Made by a program: the position numbers and the translations under genes
Shown: piece after piece, positions 1 through 10,144 of the stretch
Layout of the letters: every line of letters begins with the position of its first letter
Numbering within the stretch: position 1 is the stretch's first letter
NCBI GenBank assembly: GCA_001179505.1
Contig: CDMY01000661.1
Location: 1 to 35,109 of the forward strand
From: Vitrella brassicaformis CCMP3155
Lineage: Eukaryota; Protista; Chromerida
Direction of reading: 5' to 3'
Length of the DNA: 35,109 bases
The notes under the pieces: generated by a model
What the model saw: the letters and a program-made list of their open reading frames with translations, nothing else
Told to the model about the DNA's origin: nothing
Databases searched by the model: none

Positions 1-1661
1 CCTGGAAGCTGCAAAGAGAGGCCGTACACACATACATGCGACCAACCGTACACCCACAACAATGTCTGTGTTTTTCTGTGTGTCTGTCGTGGCTGCCATG
101 CCTTGCGTTTGCGTCCTCTCCCTTGCGCAGCGCCAGCAGCAGCTGACCCACATCAATCGTGCCTGAACCACACAGAGGGAGACAACGCATGCCTGTGGTA
201 TGATGTCTCGTGCCCACATTCGCACCTCTGCGTTTCTCGTCTAGGACGTTGAACAAGTGGATGAGGTTCTTTTCGACCGTCTCCCTGTCAGGAGCAGCCC
301 CCTACACCCACACCCACATACCACACCCGTGATGTCCCCCCTACTTTGACAACCCTCTCGCACAGACACACTGACTGACTGACCCGTTCCTCGTCGCTCT
401 CTTCGTCTTCCTCCACGTGTCGTGACTTAAGCCGCACGCCACCCGTCAGCCCCTGCAGCTCCTCCAACTCAGCACGCTCCTGCTCGTCGGCCTTCTCCCT
501 GGCTAGCTGGTCAGCCAACTCGCGGAACCGCTGTGTGTCGAACAGCTGGCTTATGGCCGTGCACGCCACGCGGAGGAAGGAGCGGCAGTCGACTTGGCCA
601 TAGGGGTCGGGCATCAGGATCGACAACAGCACCTGTGCATGTGTGGGTGGGTGCAGGGTGAGGAGCACGCGTCTTTGTGTGTGGACTTATGGGAGATTGT
701 GTGTGTGTGCCTACGTGTATTTGGATTCTGGAGAGGCAGAGCTGTGATGCGTTGAAGAGGATGTCGCGAATTGTCCAGATCGGCAGTTTGAAGTCATAGG
801 TCACCTGAGACTGCAGGGGACGACCAGACAGGTAGAGAGACGTGCAGATGAGACACGCGAACACACAGGCAGTTTGTACGCACCTTCTTGATGAGCTGCA
901 CGAGGTGGTCTGAGGCCCCGCAGGTCCGTCTCGACCAACGCATTGTGGAACGCATCACGCCTGACGAGACAAGTGCATCCATCCATCCATCCACCGACTC
1001 CGTGTATGTTGATTGATCTGCATGGCATGGCTACCTGAGTTTCTGCAGCTGCCCGAAGATGCCACTGTACGGCATTCGTCCGTCTTCCTCCTCCTCGACC
1101 ATCTGCATCAACATCGTCACCTCCTGCGGACTGAACCTGCATAAAAAGGGAGCGGAGCTGGGTCTCTGGTGGGTGCTTTCCGTGAGGTGAGTATCTACTC
1201 ACCTGTCGCTTCTCTGTTCGATGCATTGCCTGAACTCGTGTCTCGTCAGCATTCCCGTGCCAGCACTGTCAACATTGCGAAACGACTCCTCTATTAACCT
1301 AAAGATGAACAGTCACCCACAGCATAAACACGCACTGGAGACAAGGGGTCGCTCCTTCTGCTGATCTACCTTACCTGGTGGTCTCCTCAAGCCCAAAGCA
1401 CAGTATGATGGCCTCGTCTGTGACCTCGGCCGCAGGCAGTCCGCGAGGTTCATACGCCTCGCGACGTTCCTGCAAAGCTGAGATGACCATTGGGGCCGCC
1501 TGATGGGTCGATGGATGGATGGTATGCATATGGCAGTACGTATCCTGCACGAGCTTGCTTGTCAACTTGCTTACTTCAACGAAAGGGAGGTAGTCGATGT
1601 ATCCGTCGGCGTTTTCCATGGTAGTTGTCAGCAGCAGCCGAATGTCCCAGTCGGTCAGGCC
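1..1661 (-). CDS. Multi-EF-hand protein, multi-exon, partial (3' end runs off the window; 5' end unresolved; apparent +1 frameshift near 910)
   Basis: Spliced exons give EF-hand-like loops: GLTDWDIRLLLTTTMENADGYIDYLPFVE, FRNVDSAGTGMLTRHEFRQCIE, MPDPYGQVDCRSFLR, LFNVLDEKRRGTIDVGQL; exons are flanked by GT/AG and microsatellite introns. Confidence 0.6.
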
Positions 1662-2269
1662 AAGAGGCGTCGCGTTGGGTGCAGATGACAGACAGACAGT
1701 GTTGACAGTATGTGTGTGTGCCTTGATTGCTCCTGGCGGTTGGTGGATTGACGAAACACATTTCTGGGTCAGAGAGGGTGAATGAGCACATTTATGCGCG
1801 TGTGCCTGGCTTCATCCACGCATGGACCTGTCCCACTCCCACTCCCACTCCCACACACGGACGCCAAATGGATGTCCTTGCACCTATCTACGACACGCAA
1901 GCCCCAACAACACACACAGTATGCCGACACACTTTACACCACAGACTACAACAGAGGTGCCGGGAAAAAAGTCCTCAGGCACCCACAGAGACAGAAGGGC
2001 AGACGGACAGACAGACGGATGAACTCACACACTAATTACGCCTCGGCGCGTACTCAGACACACACACTTGGAAACACTGCTAGCAACACACAGGGAGAGA
2101 GAGAGATGGATAAAGGCTCTCTCTATACCATCACAAAACACGTGCACTCATACACAGACACAGATCTAGACACAGACAGGCATTGCAAAAAGCCTCGCAC
2201 AATGAACAACACACACACACACACACACAGCCCCAGACACAGCGGAAGACAGACAGGCACTCCGGCAGG

Positions 2270-3571
2270 TCAGACAGGCGAGCCCCCATCGATTGAGCTG
2301 TCGGACGAGCCGGGCTGCGGTGTGGGGGGCGACGCCGCATAAACGTCCTCACTCTCGGTGGCGGGGGTGATGGCCCCCACCTTGTTATTGCCAGACTTGA
2401 GCTGGGGGGTCGCCTCACCGCTGGTGCCGTTGTCATGCAGATCGTCCTGCATGTCGACACTCAGCAAGGAGGATGCCTTGGCGGGAGGCAGGCTGTCTTC
2501 GCCACGCTGAGAGGGAGAGAAAGACACATGAGTTTTGGATGGTGGGGGTGATGTGCACTATGGGGTGGTGGTGGTGGTGGGTGTGTACCATTTCCTCTTT
2601 CTCCATCCTTCGCTCGGCCGCGTAGTCCTCTTCACTGCACACACACACACACACACGGGCACATAGCAGCGGCATCGTAGAGGCTCAGGGCATTCAATGT
2701 CGGTAGGTGGTACGTCTTGGGCAGAATGAGGTTGAGCGTGACAGTGATGAGGAAGGCCAGCACGAGTTCTGAGCTGATGATCAGGTAGGTCGCCCGCCAC
2801 AGGGTGTTGACGGTGAAGCTCAGGTCCCGCAGCTTGCACACCCTCGTGCCGTCCTCATCGATGTATCTGTCGTCCCGCACGGCGATGTCAAGAGCGTTGA
2901 TAGCCTGCAGGTAGTGGGCCGTCTCGTCGGCACCTTCGCAATTCCACGCCGCCTAAATGCATCAATGCCCACACAAACACACACATACAGATACATACAT
3001 TGGTGGAGAGGGGAGGAAGGGCCGTCTTCGTGTGTNNNNNNNNNNNNNNNNNNNNNNNNNNNNNNNNNNNNNNNNNNNNNNNNNNNNNNNNNNNNNNNNN
3101 NNNNNNNNNNNNNNNNNNNNNNNNNNNNNNNNNNNNNNNNNNNNNNNNNNNNNNNNNNNNNNNNNNNNNNNNNNNNNNNNNNNNNNNNNNNNNNNNNNNN
3201 NNNNNNNNNNNNNNNNNNNNNNNNNNNNNNNNNNNNNNNNNNNNNNNNNNNNNNNNNNNNNNNNNNNNNNNNNNNNNNNNNNNNNNNNNNNNNNNNNNNN
3301 NNNNNNNNNNNNNNNNNNNNNNNNNNNNNNNNNNNGGGGGGGGGGGGGGGGGATTACGAGTGAGTTTGGATGGACTGTTCCGGCGAATTTGATGCCTGCG
3401 CTGATGCCGATGGCACATGCAAGGATGAACATCTTCCGCTGGGTGAAGCCACCGTGAGCCACCATCGACAGACCTACACACACACACACACACAGAAACA
3501 CACACACACACGGACAAACATACAGACAGAGAGACGCGCTCCAGATGCGTTGTCCTATCCTCTTCTCTCTC

Positions 3572-3608
<37 letters not shown>

Positions 3609-5619
3609 TGTGTGTGTTGCAGGTGCTGACACTGACCTCCGATGAGCATGAGTCCGAAGCAGATGGTGAGGGCCGCGCCGATGACTGGCCAGGGGATCAG
3701 CACAAAGGCCGCACCGAACTTGCCAAACAGACCTGTGTGACGGGTGGGCGGCAGGATGGCATGGCATGTGGCCGTCTTTTGGTGTGTATGGTACCCAGGA
3801 ATACGAGCAGGAAGCCCACCACAACGCCTGCACGGCGAGAGGCTACACGCTGATGAGAGAAAGACAAGACAACAGCCAAGGCGAGAACATGACGATGGTT
3901 GAACTCATGAGAGCAGATGGGTCACCGTCATTGCAATGATGCCGTTGTTCTGAAAGGAAGAGAGACAATTGACAGGGAATGACAGACACATTTTTCGCTC
4001 CCGTGTGTGTGCCTGTCTCTGCTCGCGGCTCGCGTACCCCGCTGTAAGTGATGTTGGGAAATGCCGTGAAGATGGCGCAGAACAGACTCGAGAAGGCATC
4101 ATTCAGCAGACCACCCTGCACACAAACGGAGAAAGCAATGGCATACGGGTCGGGGCCTCTGTTGGTTGAACGACGAACCTGCAGGATGAGATTGAAGCGG
4201 TCGCCTGCAGTGGGCAGGCCGCTGTACTTGGCCGTGGCAGTGAGGTCGCCCATGCACTCTACACCAGACACGATGTAAGCGATGATCATCGGCAGCAGCA
4301 GAGACCCGTCAAACGCCACACCGTACCTGCACGAGCCAGACACGTCTTTCTCTCTCTCTCGGTTCTCCTCCTTCTCTGCTCCCTTCCTCCCTCCCTGACT
4401 CTCACTTGAACAGGTGTGGGTATGTGAACCAAGGCGCATCCGCGAGACCATTGTTGCTGATGTCCATGTTGATGAACCCGTCACACCCCCAAGTCGGCCC
4501 GTGCGCACACCGCCTCGTGCCGAAAAAGAGAGCGAAGATGGTACCGAATAGGATGCCGAAGAAGACGGCGGCTGACTTGAAGATGGGGATGGAGTACTTG
4601 GCGCGGACCCAGTAGAAGCCGACGATCATGCAGATGGTGAAAAGACCCAGACAGACCCCACTCGTTGGGCGCCCCGTAGGCGTCGAACGGTCCCACATTG
4701 CCCGCCAGGTTGTTGACGCCCACATAGAGCAGGGACAGCCCAATCATGAACACCACAGTGCCCTGCACACACGAACGGACACACAGACAGAGAGAGAGAG
4801 GATCGGCACCACATGGGTGGAGTGTGTCGTTAGCGGCTGGATTACCGTGACGAGTGGCGGGAAGATGGCCTTCATCTTGGTCGGACAAAAAGACATGAAG
4901 GCCTCGACGATCCAGCATATCATGGCCCCCACAAAGATGGCAGCCAGCCTGACGACAGACAGACAGACAACAAATGGCGCCATACATACACACAAAATGG
5001 TCCATATACGTGTGTGTGTGTACCTCTGATGCGGTGTGAGGGAGCGGTCGACGTTGGACGCTATCACAACAAACGTGAATGACGTGCCCATGACACTCAA
5101 CATCCCTGACCCCAGAGCGATTCCCTGAACAACACACACACACCCGGCCGACCACCGGGCGGGCCGGCAACGTAAAGCCATGTGCGTGCCGTGCTGTGCG
5201 TGGCAGTACCAGAGGGAAGCCGGGCAGCGGAGGTGTTCTGAACTGGTAGACGTGGATCAGCGTGCACACCCCAGACGTGAAGACGCTCATGCTCACGAGG
5301 TAAGGGATCTCATCAAAATTCTCAGTGGCAATGCCGATGAGTGTGGCGGCGGTGGGGAGTGACCCAAGCATCACGAGAGCATGCTGCAGGCCGAAGAAGC
5401 ACGCCAAGTGCCACGGGATCTTCTCGTCGGGCTTGATCAGCCGGTCTTGACCTGCAAACACCAAGCGAAAAGGCATCAGATCATTCAAAATCTTCATGTT
5501 TGGCTTCACGCATGCGCACCTCTGAACATGTTGACCCTTGCCGGCTGTGCATTCTTGACGGCCGAAGGGTGCTGCTTCAGGGGCGCCTCCGACTCAGTCA
5601 TGGCCTCACTCATGCTCAT
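2270..5619 (-). CDS. NAT/NCS2 xanthine-uric acid/uracil permease family (UapA-like) transporter, multi-exon; interrupted by a gap (3036-3335) and an apparent 4-bp-duplication frameshift at about 4649-4656
   Basis: gccaccATG at 5619; TM1 GLQHALVM (QH motif), TM3 SVMGTSF, PPLVTGTVVFMIGLSL, TM8 VECMGDLTAT, signature PNITYSGNNGIIAMTRVASR, last TM LITVTLNLILPK; stop TGA at 2270-2272. Confidence 0.9.
3036..3335. other. Assembly gap (300 N) inside the permease gene, flanked by a poly-G run
   Basis: N run seen directly; same length as the second gap, suggesting a placeholder size. Confidence 1.
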
Positions 5620-5786
5620 GGTGGCAAAGGCAACGCCCCTTGACTCCTCCCGGAGGCGCTTTGCCGGTTCAGAAGAGGTCGTAGATCTATCGCCGGAATC
5701 GGCCGGATGGTCCGACGGTGAAGATCTCGTGAAATGTCGTGAAACACATCACTCATGAGCTAGCTCGCTCCGGCAGGGGGAGCAAA
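5620..5786. promoter_or_regulatory. 167-bp bidirectional promoter/5'UTR region shared by permease and dioxygenase
   Basis: Divergent ATGs at 5619 (-) and 5787 (+); contains TCGTGAAA direct repeat (5727-5734, 5737-5744) and palindromes CTCATGAG (5752-5759) and GAGCTAGCTC (5757-5766). Confidence 0.6.
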
Positions 5787-7315
5787 ATGACGGCGAAGGT
5801 GCCTGTCATAGATCTGCTGCTTCCCGAGGAGGAGGTTGTCAAGGCCATCCGCAAAGGATGCGAGGAGGTGAGCGGAGCAAACAGGAGAGGACGCGTCTGC
5901 GCCAATCTCGTTCATCGTCTTGCTTGTCTGGCGGACACTGCAGATTGGCTTCCTCTGCATCATCAACCATGGCGTTGACCCAGCTGTCGTGGCGGGCGCC
6001 TTCAAGGCGATGCACGACTTCTTCACCCTGCCCCTTGAGACCAAGATGAAGAGCAAAGGAACACCTGCAGGGTGCGACAGGCAGCCGCAGAAACAGTCTT
6101 GGAGCCCGTCACACACTCTCTGCGCGTGTGTGTGTGTCTGATCAGCTACATGCCACTGCAAGCTCAGACGCTGGACCCTGGTACGCACAGACAGGCAGAC
6201 AGACAGACAGACAGCTGAATGCCCCCTGTCCATCTGTTTGTTCTTTGGGCAGAGAACCAGACCGAGCCAGACCAAAAAGAGGGCTATGGCATGGTTGAGG
6301 AGGTGCCCGCCGGGCACGATCCCAACGAGTTTCCCTTCCACGGCAAGCGTGTGTACCCGGACGACAGCGACGTGCCGGGCTGGCGGGAGGCCGTCATGGG
6401 TTACTATGGTGCGGTGCGGTCGCTGGCGATGCGGATGCTGCGGTACATCGCCTTGGCCATGGAGGTGCCCGACGCCGACGCATTCATAGCCAAGAACTTC
6501 GAGTGAGCGGACGCTCAGCAGCCTTGTTGGGCGTGGTCGACCGATATATGTGTCTGTTCGTGCCCATGACAGGTTCCCCATCTTCCACATGCGGATGCTT
6601 CGGTATGAACCGCGGGCGTCCAATCCGGCAGAGGGGCGACTCGCGGCGGGCGCACACACTGACTGGGGTGAGAACAGTTCAACAGATGTGACCCTCATAA
6701 TGAATGCACGGTGGGGTGTGGTCTGTGTGTCTGTGTTTCTTGTAGGGTTGATAACACTGCTCAAGACGGATGGCGGGGAAGGACTGCAGGTGCAGCCGCG
6801 CAACTCTTCTGAGTGGCTCGACGTCGAGGAGCCGGCCAATGCCTTCGTTGTCAACCTGGGAGACCTGCAGCAGGTGCGTCAGCCACGTGGCCCCAACTGA
6901 TTTTGTCATATGTGTGTGATGCCCGCGGGGCTCTGTGTTTGTCTGTCAGCGGTGGACCAATGATGTGTTCACTTCCCGGCCGCACCGAGTGATGCTCAAG
7001 TCTGACAAAGTGCGATATAGGTAAAGGCCCCTGTGCACACAGACCTGACAAAGACACACACACACACACACACATATGCGAGCTTGGCCTTCTGTGTGTG
7101 CGGCGTGGCGTTGCAGCATAGCCTACTTCTGTGATGCGGACGAGCGCGCATTGGTCGAATGTCTGCCGTCGTTCCAGTCGCCCTCCCGCCCTCCCCGGTA
7201 TTCGCCCATTACGCAAGCGGCCTACCTGGCGGCCAAGTATGAGCAGACGATCAAGAAGGAATTCAATGTCGTGAGCGCCAGTGTCGAAAGGGTGGAGGAG
7301 AGTGCCGTTGTGTGA
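5787..7315 (+). CDS. 2-oxoglutarate/Fe(II)-dependent dioxygenase, IPNS/DIOX_N + 2OG-FeII_Oxy type, 8 exons
   Basis: VPVIDL...IGFLCIINHGV N-terminus; Fe ligands AGAHTDWG (HxD) and SRPHRV (distal His); 2OG-binding RYS; VVNLGDLQQRWTND; all introns GT-AG and in phase. Confidence 0.93.
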
Positions 7316-7672
7316 TTGACTGATATGCATGATGGGTAACGCATCGCGGCCTTTTTGCCGCTGATGGCGACCTTGTATGGCAATGGTGTTCATGATGATG
7401 CACTGCGTGGTTTTTTCTTTTTCTGTTTGTTTTCCCTTAGCGGCTGTGTCGGTTCTGTCTCGTGGCCGTCTCGTGGTGATGTGTTTGCATCAATCGGAAG
7501 GGAAGCCATTCAATTGTCACATGTGGATCATGATGAGGGGAGGCTATCGATCTTTCTCTCCAGTCTGTCCAGTCGTTGGTCTATATCTATCAGACGATTC
7601 TCGAGTCGACGCGATGCTGACACATAGGCACACACACACACACACAGACATATTCCCTGTGCCAGAGTGCCA

Positions 7673-8647
7673 TTACTGTGAACACCTACTCAGTTCCATC
7701 TCTCTCATGAACCACACCAAATCGTAAGAACCTGTGCGAAGGAGAAATGTCACAACACGCGCCAAAGTGAGAGAGGATACATTTGATGCACCCCCCACCC
7801 ACATCCCCAGCCACTCGCCGCTCACCGAGGAAGAAATTGTTGTCTTGGAATATATCATCAGACTGCTCGAGAGGCCGGACATACTTGCAGCCATCCAGCG
7901 TATCGCAATCGTGCTCCAAGATGTCTTCCAGGCTGATGTACGACCAGAATGCGCTCTTGTCCGGGTCGAACTCACGCGGCGTGCGTCCCGTGGCCCCAAA
8001 ATAAAGTTCTGAATGACGAATAATCAGGACCATTCTGTCCAGGTCAACGTAGTAGAGGAAACCGTGGAGGCCCCGCCCGTAGGTTCCATCATTGACTACC
8101 CCGAGCTGCAGCACCCTTTCCAGCGACCTGTTTTCCCCTCGAAGAAGAATGGGTCATCGCCTATCTCTTCGTAGACCGTCTTCAGCTGCGCAACCTGGAC
8201 ACAAGACAAACAGCGCATCCAAGACTTGACGGGCAATGCATGACCTGATCTCACTCACTGACTGACTTGTCGCTTCCATCTTGCCAGCGAAGGGTCTTCC
8301 TTCAAAGCCGCCTTGACCTCACTTAATACCGAATCTCCGAGGCCCGAAGGATACCCATCATAGTTCTGCAGCAGACAGAAGCGCACAGGCTGCATGGACG
8401 ACACGAGAGAGGGAGGCAACCGACGGAAACCGCCTACGGTGTGAAAGCAGTACTTTCTTCCTTGATAGAGGAACCCAGCGGTGCCGGGCATCGTCATCCT
8501 CACACACGAGCGACGCCTAAAGCGGTATGGTGGCCTCACAGGACGGCTGCGGACGGCATCGAGGCCTCTGGCGGATGAGGGATGAGTCGGCAACAGTGAG
8601 AAGCCGTCAATGAGGGGAAGAAACGGCAAGAGAAGACAGATGCGCAT
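7673..8647 (-). CDS. Predicted plastid-targeted protein of unknown function (G-F-L-Y-x-G-x-K-Y...NYDGYPSGLG...YYVDLD domain); junction at 8106-8176 unresolved
   Basis: MRICLLLPFLPLIDG|FSLL signal + Arg/Ser-rich transit-like leader; exons MTMPGTAGFLYQGRKYCFHT / NYDGYPSGLG / LQLGVVNDG...GFLYYVDLDRMVLII / GSYDLVWFMREMELSRCSQ*. Confidence 0.7.
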
Positions 8648-9057
8648 CACAGACGACGGGGAAGAGGGCGATAAAGCAGCCGAAACGAGTGACTTCCAGA
8701 ACGACAGAACGAGTGACTTCTGATCGAACTCATTGCAGATGGTTCTCTTCTCTCTTGTTCCTTTCTAATCTTTGCGAACGGCATGAAGGCATTCCATCCG
8801 CTCAGAAACCGGTTCGTTCGACCCCGAGAAGTCATTTTACGTAAACCGAAAAGTGGGAACTCACTACACGCCACGGTGTCGGCTTTCGGGCGTTTCTCTG
8901 GTGTCCGAAAGTCTGGTATCGGAACACACGAATGCGCACGCCAAACCGATGCATGTGTCAGGAGATATCCCATCGGCTGCCTTCATTGCATTCACAGGCC
9001 ACAACATTGTGGGGCTCGCACCAACTAAGCAGACCCCTCTCCTCTCCCATCGTCAGC

Positions 9058-10144
9058 TCAGCTGACCATCTCTCTTTTCACCGGATACAGCGGCTCACAC
9101 CCGTTCAGCCGCCATATGTCACACACAAGCACTGTGGCCACACTCAGCCACATAGTCTGCGGCAAGAGGATCCAGCCAGCAATCGGCAAAGCAGCGAAGT
9201 ACAGGCGATTCGCGGCGATGCTGCTCGCCAGGACAAGCAAGACGACCGATGCTGCCGTCCCCCGTCTCCTGTCCACGTTCTGGATCGTGTTCCAGGTGTC
9301 ACCTGAAGACACTCAACGACAGACAACACACGCCCGTCCGAAGTGACAGGCATATGCGCTTTCATACTCACTCACCGATGGAGAGATGCAGCATCAGCGC
9401 AGCGATGGGAGGCGTCAGGAAGGCACCTGCCTGGCGCCTGCAGAAGGCATCAAGACATGAATGAGGCAGCAGCAGCAGCAGCAGCAGCCATTTCCACTCA
9501 CCATATCAATGTCGACGAAAGCGTCCGCAGCATGGCGATGGTGCCCCACACAAAGGGAAACACGATAGGTGGCGGCATCCATGAGGGCCTCGTCCCTTCA
9601 GCAATTTCTTTCCGCTCGCTCAGCGGAGTTGGCCGCTGGTTGTTCAGCACCGAGAACAGACGTGATCTCACCGCCATCAGCGCGAAGAAGGAGGCAGTGA
9701 GGGCCGTCGGGACGAAGGACGGCAGGGATGAGGGCAGGAGGGGCATCCCCCGGTCAAGGGCGGCAAGAGTCACCAGAATGCATGCCCACTGTAGTGCTGC
9801 AGGCCACATGCTGGTGCCGAAATGTGTGATCTGCTCATCTGTTGTGTGCATTGCTTACCCGTTGCGAGTAGGTACTTCGCCGTCGCACCGATATCCCATT
9901 CTTTCCTGACAACTGCCTTCGTTTGTGCGGATGGCTCACTCACCGCTGTGGAAGCAGCTCTCATCTCGCTTCCAGTCCGCCGTCCTGCACACTGAACTGC
10001 TGCTGCAAACGAGGGGATCTGATTGAGGCATCTTCTCGGCGTGAGAGGTGCGCTGGGAACGGTCTGAGGTGATGAGTGAAAGGCGAGAGACGAGGACAAA
10101 GCGGCGATCCATACACACACGAGGGTCCAGCTGCTAGGCGCCAT
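9058..10144 (-). CDS. tspO: TspO/MBR tryptophan-rich sensory protein, cyanobacterial-type long form, bipartite plastid leader, 4 exons
   Basis: RPSWMPPPIVFPFVWGTIAMLR, HLSIGDTWNTI, WLSVATVLVCDIWRLNGCEPLYP motifs; leader MAPSSWTLVCVWIAALSSSLA|FHSS. Confidence 0.88.

Noticed and set aside
3336-3352. Poly-G run as a G-quadruplex element or poly-Pro coding
   Set aside because: Abuts the gap, lies in an intron, and is a typical sequencing-dropout boundary.
5760-6854. 364-aa minus-strand ORF and similar long ORFs (13406-14260, 10381-10944, 32022-32555)
   Set aside because: Antisense shadows of GC-rich coding exons running through microsatellite introns (THTH/CVCV translations); no independent coding signal.
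880-8176. Programmed ribosomal frameshifting or RNA editing as a common cause of the three frame breaks
   Set aside because: Contexts differ (+1, +1 via 4-bp duplication, -1) with no shared slippery motif; assembly error or mutation is more parsimonious.
8881-8913. 9-bp hairpin ggctttcgg/ccgaaagtc in a repeat-poor intergenic stretch; considered as tRNA, snRNA or hammerhead ribozyme
   Set aside because: No cloverleaf, no CUGANGA core, no Sm or box motifs found. A covariance-model search would be needed to revive it.
8647-8973. 108-aa minus-strand ORF upstream of the unknown plastid gene
   Set aside because: No recognisable motif; lies in probable promoter/UTR space.
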